Origin: Neoechinorhynchus agilis
Taxonomy: Eukaryota > Animalia > Acanthocephala
NCBI GenBank assembly: GCA_051530055.1
Contig: CM121342.1
Coordinates: forward strand, 14,461,480 to 14,525,479
Direction: 5' to 3'
Length of the DNA stretch: 64,000 bases
Part shown: positions 60,359 through 64,000 of the stretch, one piece after another
Layout: the number at the start of each line of letters is the position of its first letter
Position numbering within the stretch: the stretch's first letter is position 1
Program-made: the position numbers and the translations under genes
The notes under the pieces: model-generated
Told to the model about the DNA's origin: nothing
Seen by the model: the letters and a program-made list of their open reading frames with translations, nothing else
Databases searched by the model: none

Positions 60359-63295
60359 ATGTCGTCTACTGATCAGCAGGATCAAATTCGGTCTCTGTAC
60401 GGTGAGCTTTCGAAGGCAGCAAAAGAGTCAAACCCGAATTGGACACGAATTTTAAAATTAAGCAATAAGGGTAAAGTTGGTGTTTCAGTTCCGTGCAATT
60501 TGTGGTAAATTGATAGTTCTGGGTCTCAACCAAACTGACGAATTCGGCCTGCATTCGAAAGTGATTTGTCTGATCCGGATCGACAAATTCGCGGAAGCCT
60601 CAAGACTAATCAGTCAAAAGTCGTTGAAAAATTGTGAATTTCTCATGGCATATATTCTCTATCGTCTTGGTGATTATGAACAAGCTCTGCGAATCCTCGG
60701 CGACCACGACAATGACACAAAGCAAAGGATTTTAAACGCCCAATTGGTAGGCTTAATTTTTTACAACTTTTATAATTTTCGATTTTCTAACAGCTTTATA
60801 GATTAGAACGTTATGAAGAAAGCTGCAGTATATTAAGAGGTGTTTATTCCGTATATAAGGTAACTTCTAGCAGAATCTGAAGCTTGAATTCGCAGCAACA
60901 TTAAATATATGTCTTTGGGATAACATAAAATTTGGTGGGCGATTCTATATAAACGGAGTACTTTGCCCATTTGCTTGATTGTACCTAATTTAGTTAAAAA
61001 AATGCTAATTCATTTTATTACTATTTTTTTATTTGTTGCAGGGTGATTACAGGAATGAACTGACAGCTAACTACTATGCCTCGTTATGGGGATCTTTGAA
61101 CATCAACAATGTAAAAGATTGTTTTATCTTTCTCGTTCTCATATTTTTACTCATAGGACTTTTCTTCTCCGGAACTTAAGGAAGATAAATCGATTAACTC
61201 TTATGAGATTCTTTACAACGAAAGCTGCGTATCGATTGCAAAACGACAGTTCAAAAAAGCCGAAGTTAAGTTAAAGCAAGCTGAAGGTATTGCCTAGTGA
61301 GCTTATTTTTTACTACTAAAGTATTTTAGAGAATCTGAAGAAGTTCACGAACGAGACTGATTCATCTATTCAACTAGATTACATAAGGTCAGAGCTTATT
61401 GATCTGGATTTGACAAATTTAATAATGGCTAATTCGTCTTTTTTGCGTAAATGTTTTCATTGACTGCTAAAGGATTTTTTACTACAATGAACTGCTTACT
61501 TTCTTTACCCAAAGTTTCCCCATGGCCTCGTATAAGTTATTCATATCTACTTACGTTCAGCAAATTCGAGAATTGCCTTGGAAATCTGACCCATGTCACT
61601 TCCAGGGCTCAATTAGCATTCGCACTTCAACATCAAGCCAGTAAGCAGCACCTTGCATTAGACATTTACCATAACGTATTGAACTCAAAGTGAGTACATT
61701 TAATTGTGATAATAATCTCATAACGATACGCGTCGTCCGAAGACCATCGGACAATGTTTTAATTTGCTCAATCAACGCGAATATCTTGATATATTCGATG
61801 ATGAAGTCAGCGAGCAATCGACTTGATTCTACTAATTTACGACTTTTGAAAAAGCGATTAAAGGCGCTTCAATCGGCTGCAATCGAATCCAATCAAAAAT
61901 TGCCTGAACCACTGTTGAATGTAATATTGTTCAATGAAGCGATTCTGGCTCTTGAGAACAAAAACGTAGATTTTTAAATTTACTGTACTGATTCATAACG
62001 TTTATTCAGTTTAACGATTATCAGGATTTGACGTTGAGACTGAAGCAAAATGGAACATCAAAGTCTTTTGAAGTACACCTCAATCAATTAAAAATAGCTG
62101 CATTGATTCTGCAAAGAAAATACGATGAGGCTTTATGCTTTCTAGAGGTTTGGAACTTTACGCTAATCAGTTATGAAAAAACAGTTGCTATGAAGGAAGC
62201 ACATAATGGCAAAGTTCAATTAGCCATTGGAAAGAAGGAAAACGATTGGGAGCGCGTGCATATTTCCACCCTAACATCAAATGTCTTGTTTCTTAAAGGT
62301 TAGAAAAAGCTACACGCGAATGCTAGCCGATATTTCCCCGTCAACAAGCTATCAAAAAACTCAAATATTTAATGTAGTGTCTATCAAAGCGGTAGCAGGA
62401 TGATTCCACGGGATATTAAGTATTTATTAACTCAAATATTTTCTTAGTGGGTGGCGATATTGTAGTTTATACGAGTCTATCGTTAGAAAGTTTTTGGTCG
62501 AAAGATCAAGAGTAGGATCGGAACATTCACTCAATTTTTAATTAGGTGAAAAGTCAAAAGCATTTGACGCGCTAGTGGAGTGCTTCGACGACATTCCATC
62601 GCCATATAATATCGAATTCAGCGACAATGTTGGTCTTTGATATCTCGCCAAATCTATAACTCTTTTGTCTGCAGCTTCTAAATTGCCTATCGGATTTATA
62701 CACTCAACTGGGCACACCAAATGCCGATCAAAAATCATCTTTCGACAAGATTTTACGTACACTAATCGAGAATACTGGCTCACCAGCGGCTGTGTCAATG
62801 TTTATAGAACTCAATAGTTCCGATCTGGATACTGCCATTACGTACCTTCAAAAACAGCAAATTACAACGTCAAATGACTCTAAGGAAAAAGATTGGGCAG
62901 CAATTGCCAACGAAGTTGAGCAAGCGTTTAACAATAGAATTATTCGCGCGGGCATGGAAGGTACGGACGAAGTGGGTAATAGAATGGACACTGCCAAAGT
63001 TCAGAAGAGTAAGAAACGTCGACGAAGAAAGTATATTGTGCCCGAAAACGCACCGCCTCTTGATCCAGAAAGATGGTTACCACTTACAGAACGGTCGTAT
63101 TACCGCGGAGGTAGAAGAAAAAAGAAAGTAGCTTCAGCTGGTAAAGCTACACAAGGAACAAGCGCACCTGAGGCTGCTCATTGGATAGGAAGCGGTGGAG
63201 CCCAACCTAATGCTTCGCCGCCTATTGGTAAAACTAGTTTTGGACAACGACAAGCAGCAAGAAAACGCAGGAAACAGCAGTCCACAAAGCATTAA
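60359..63295 (+). CDS. SRP72: Signal recognition particle subunit SRP72, multi-exon with short GT-AG introns
   Basis: TPR-like N-terminus (AYILYRL, AQL|LYRLERYEE, YEILYNESC) and the C-terminal PLDPERWLPLTERSYYR signature. Confidence 0.92.
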
Positions 63296-63429
63296 CATTA
63301 TTTCCCATTATATTAAACATAAGTGACGGTTTTATCAGGCCGAATGCTGTTTAGCATTCGCAAAATATCAAACTTTTTTTTTTAGATTAAAATTTTTTTT
63401 TAGGCAGTATTGTTTTCTATTTGGTTACT

Positions 63430-64000
63430 TTTCTTTGCATTCACCACCTCCCACCAAATTCCAGCTTTTGTCCTTCCTCGACCGTCGCCATCACGCTGGC
63501 AGCATTGCCCCGTTGTACTGCCAGCGAGATATTTTGTCGAAGAAATAAGCCTGCTCTTGAGTCTCCGGTTGCCTCTCTCAATTTCTTCGAGAGATCCTTG
63601 AGCAGAGAGAGTGCCGAGCTGCCGAGCGCTCCATACGTCTCTACCCCAAAGGGGACAAAATAGTGAGCCCTCGATAGCTGCATATATTTTCGTACCTTCC
63701 TCCCTTCCGCTGCACTGGCGGCACCACCGGCGATTTCGAGGGAGTAGGGGATGTTGCTGGCTGCGAGGGTGTCCACACACGTGGCGTCCCAGAGAAGGCA
63801 TTTGCCCTCCCGCCACGGGAAGACCGAAATTCCATCGGGCCTACGGCCGTCTAGTCTGCAGAGGTGGGCGGGTTCCAGGATGTTCGGGAAGTTCGCCGTT
63901 CTCAACGCCCGAGAAATTACGTTATTGATTTCAGAATGGCGTGAAAACCTTCCTGCTGACCTTCTGCAGACGAGACCGTGTCGCCCGAAAGCATCAACCA
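63430..64000 (-). mobile_element. CRE-like retrotransposon 3' region (runs off the window)
   Basis: RRPDGISVFPWREGKCLLWDATCVDTLA...QNISLAVQRGNAA. Confidence 0.9.

Noticed and set aside
62379-62545. GA-AG or AT-AG introns in SRP72
   Set aside because: An all-canonical solution exists (62392-62486, a 25-nt exon, 62512-62545), and homology is too weak to choose.
1-64000. tRNA, rRNA and snRNA genes
   Set aside because: No convincing cloverleaf, rRNA or U1/U2 signature was seen by eye; a tRNAscan/Infernal run would be needed to exclude them.

Overview
AT-rich animal (compact-genome invertebrate; species not identifiable from sequence alone) nuclear DNA. Host genes: PNISR-like, Xaa-Pro aminopeptidase 1, a divergent kinesin, a secreted orphan, chimaerin (SH2-C1-RhoGAP), APC10, CCDC51-like and SRP72. 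Most introns are short GT-AG. Also present: a ~6.2 kb array of a 144-bp satellite, many CRE-like (REL-endonuclease) non-LTR fragments, APE-type LINEs, Penelope-like elements with hammerhead ribozyme motifs, a hAT fragment, an orphan gene family, and a decayed endogenous toti-like dsRNA-virus RdRp. Main finding: four insertions in three conserved genes (two in XPNPEP1, one in chimaerin, one in APC10) have no convincing GT-AG or U12 ends. Each is bounded by its own terminal inverted repeat and by a 2-3 nt junction repeat (TA, TTT, TA, TAC). Removing each restores a gapless alignment to the human homologue as I recall it. This points to a second, structure-defined class of intron (or a DNA-level excised element) alongside canonical introns. 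All homology calls are from motif recognition and recalled sequences, not database searches.
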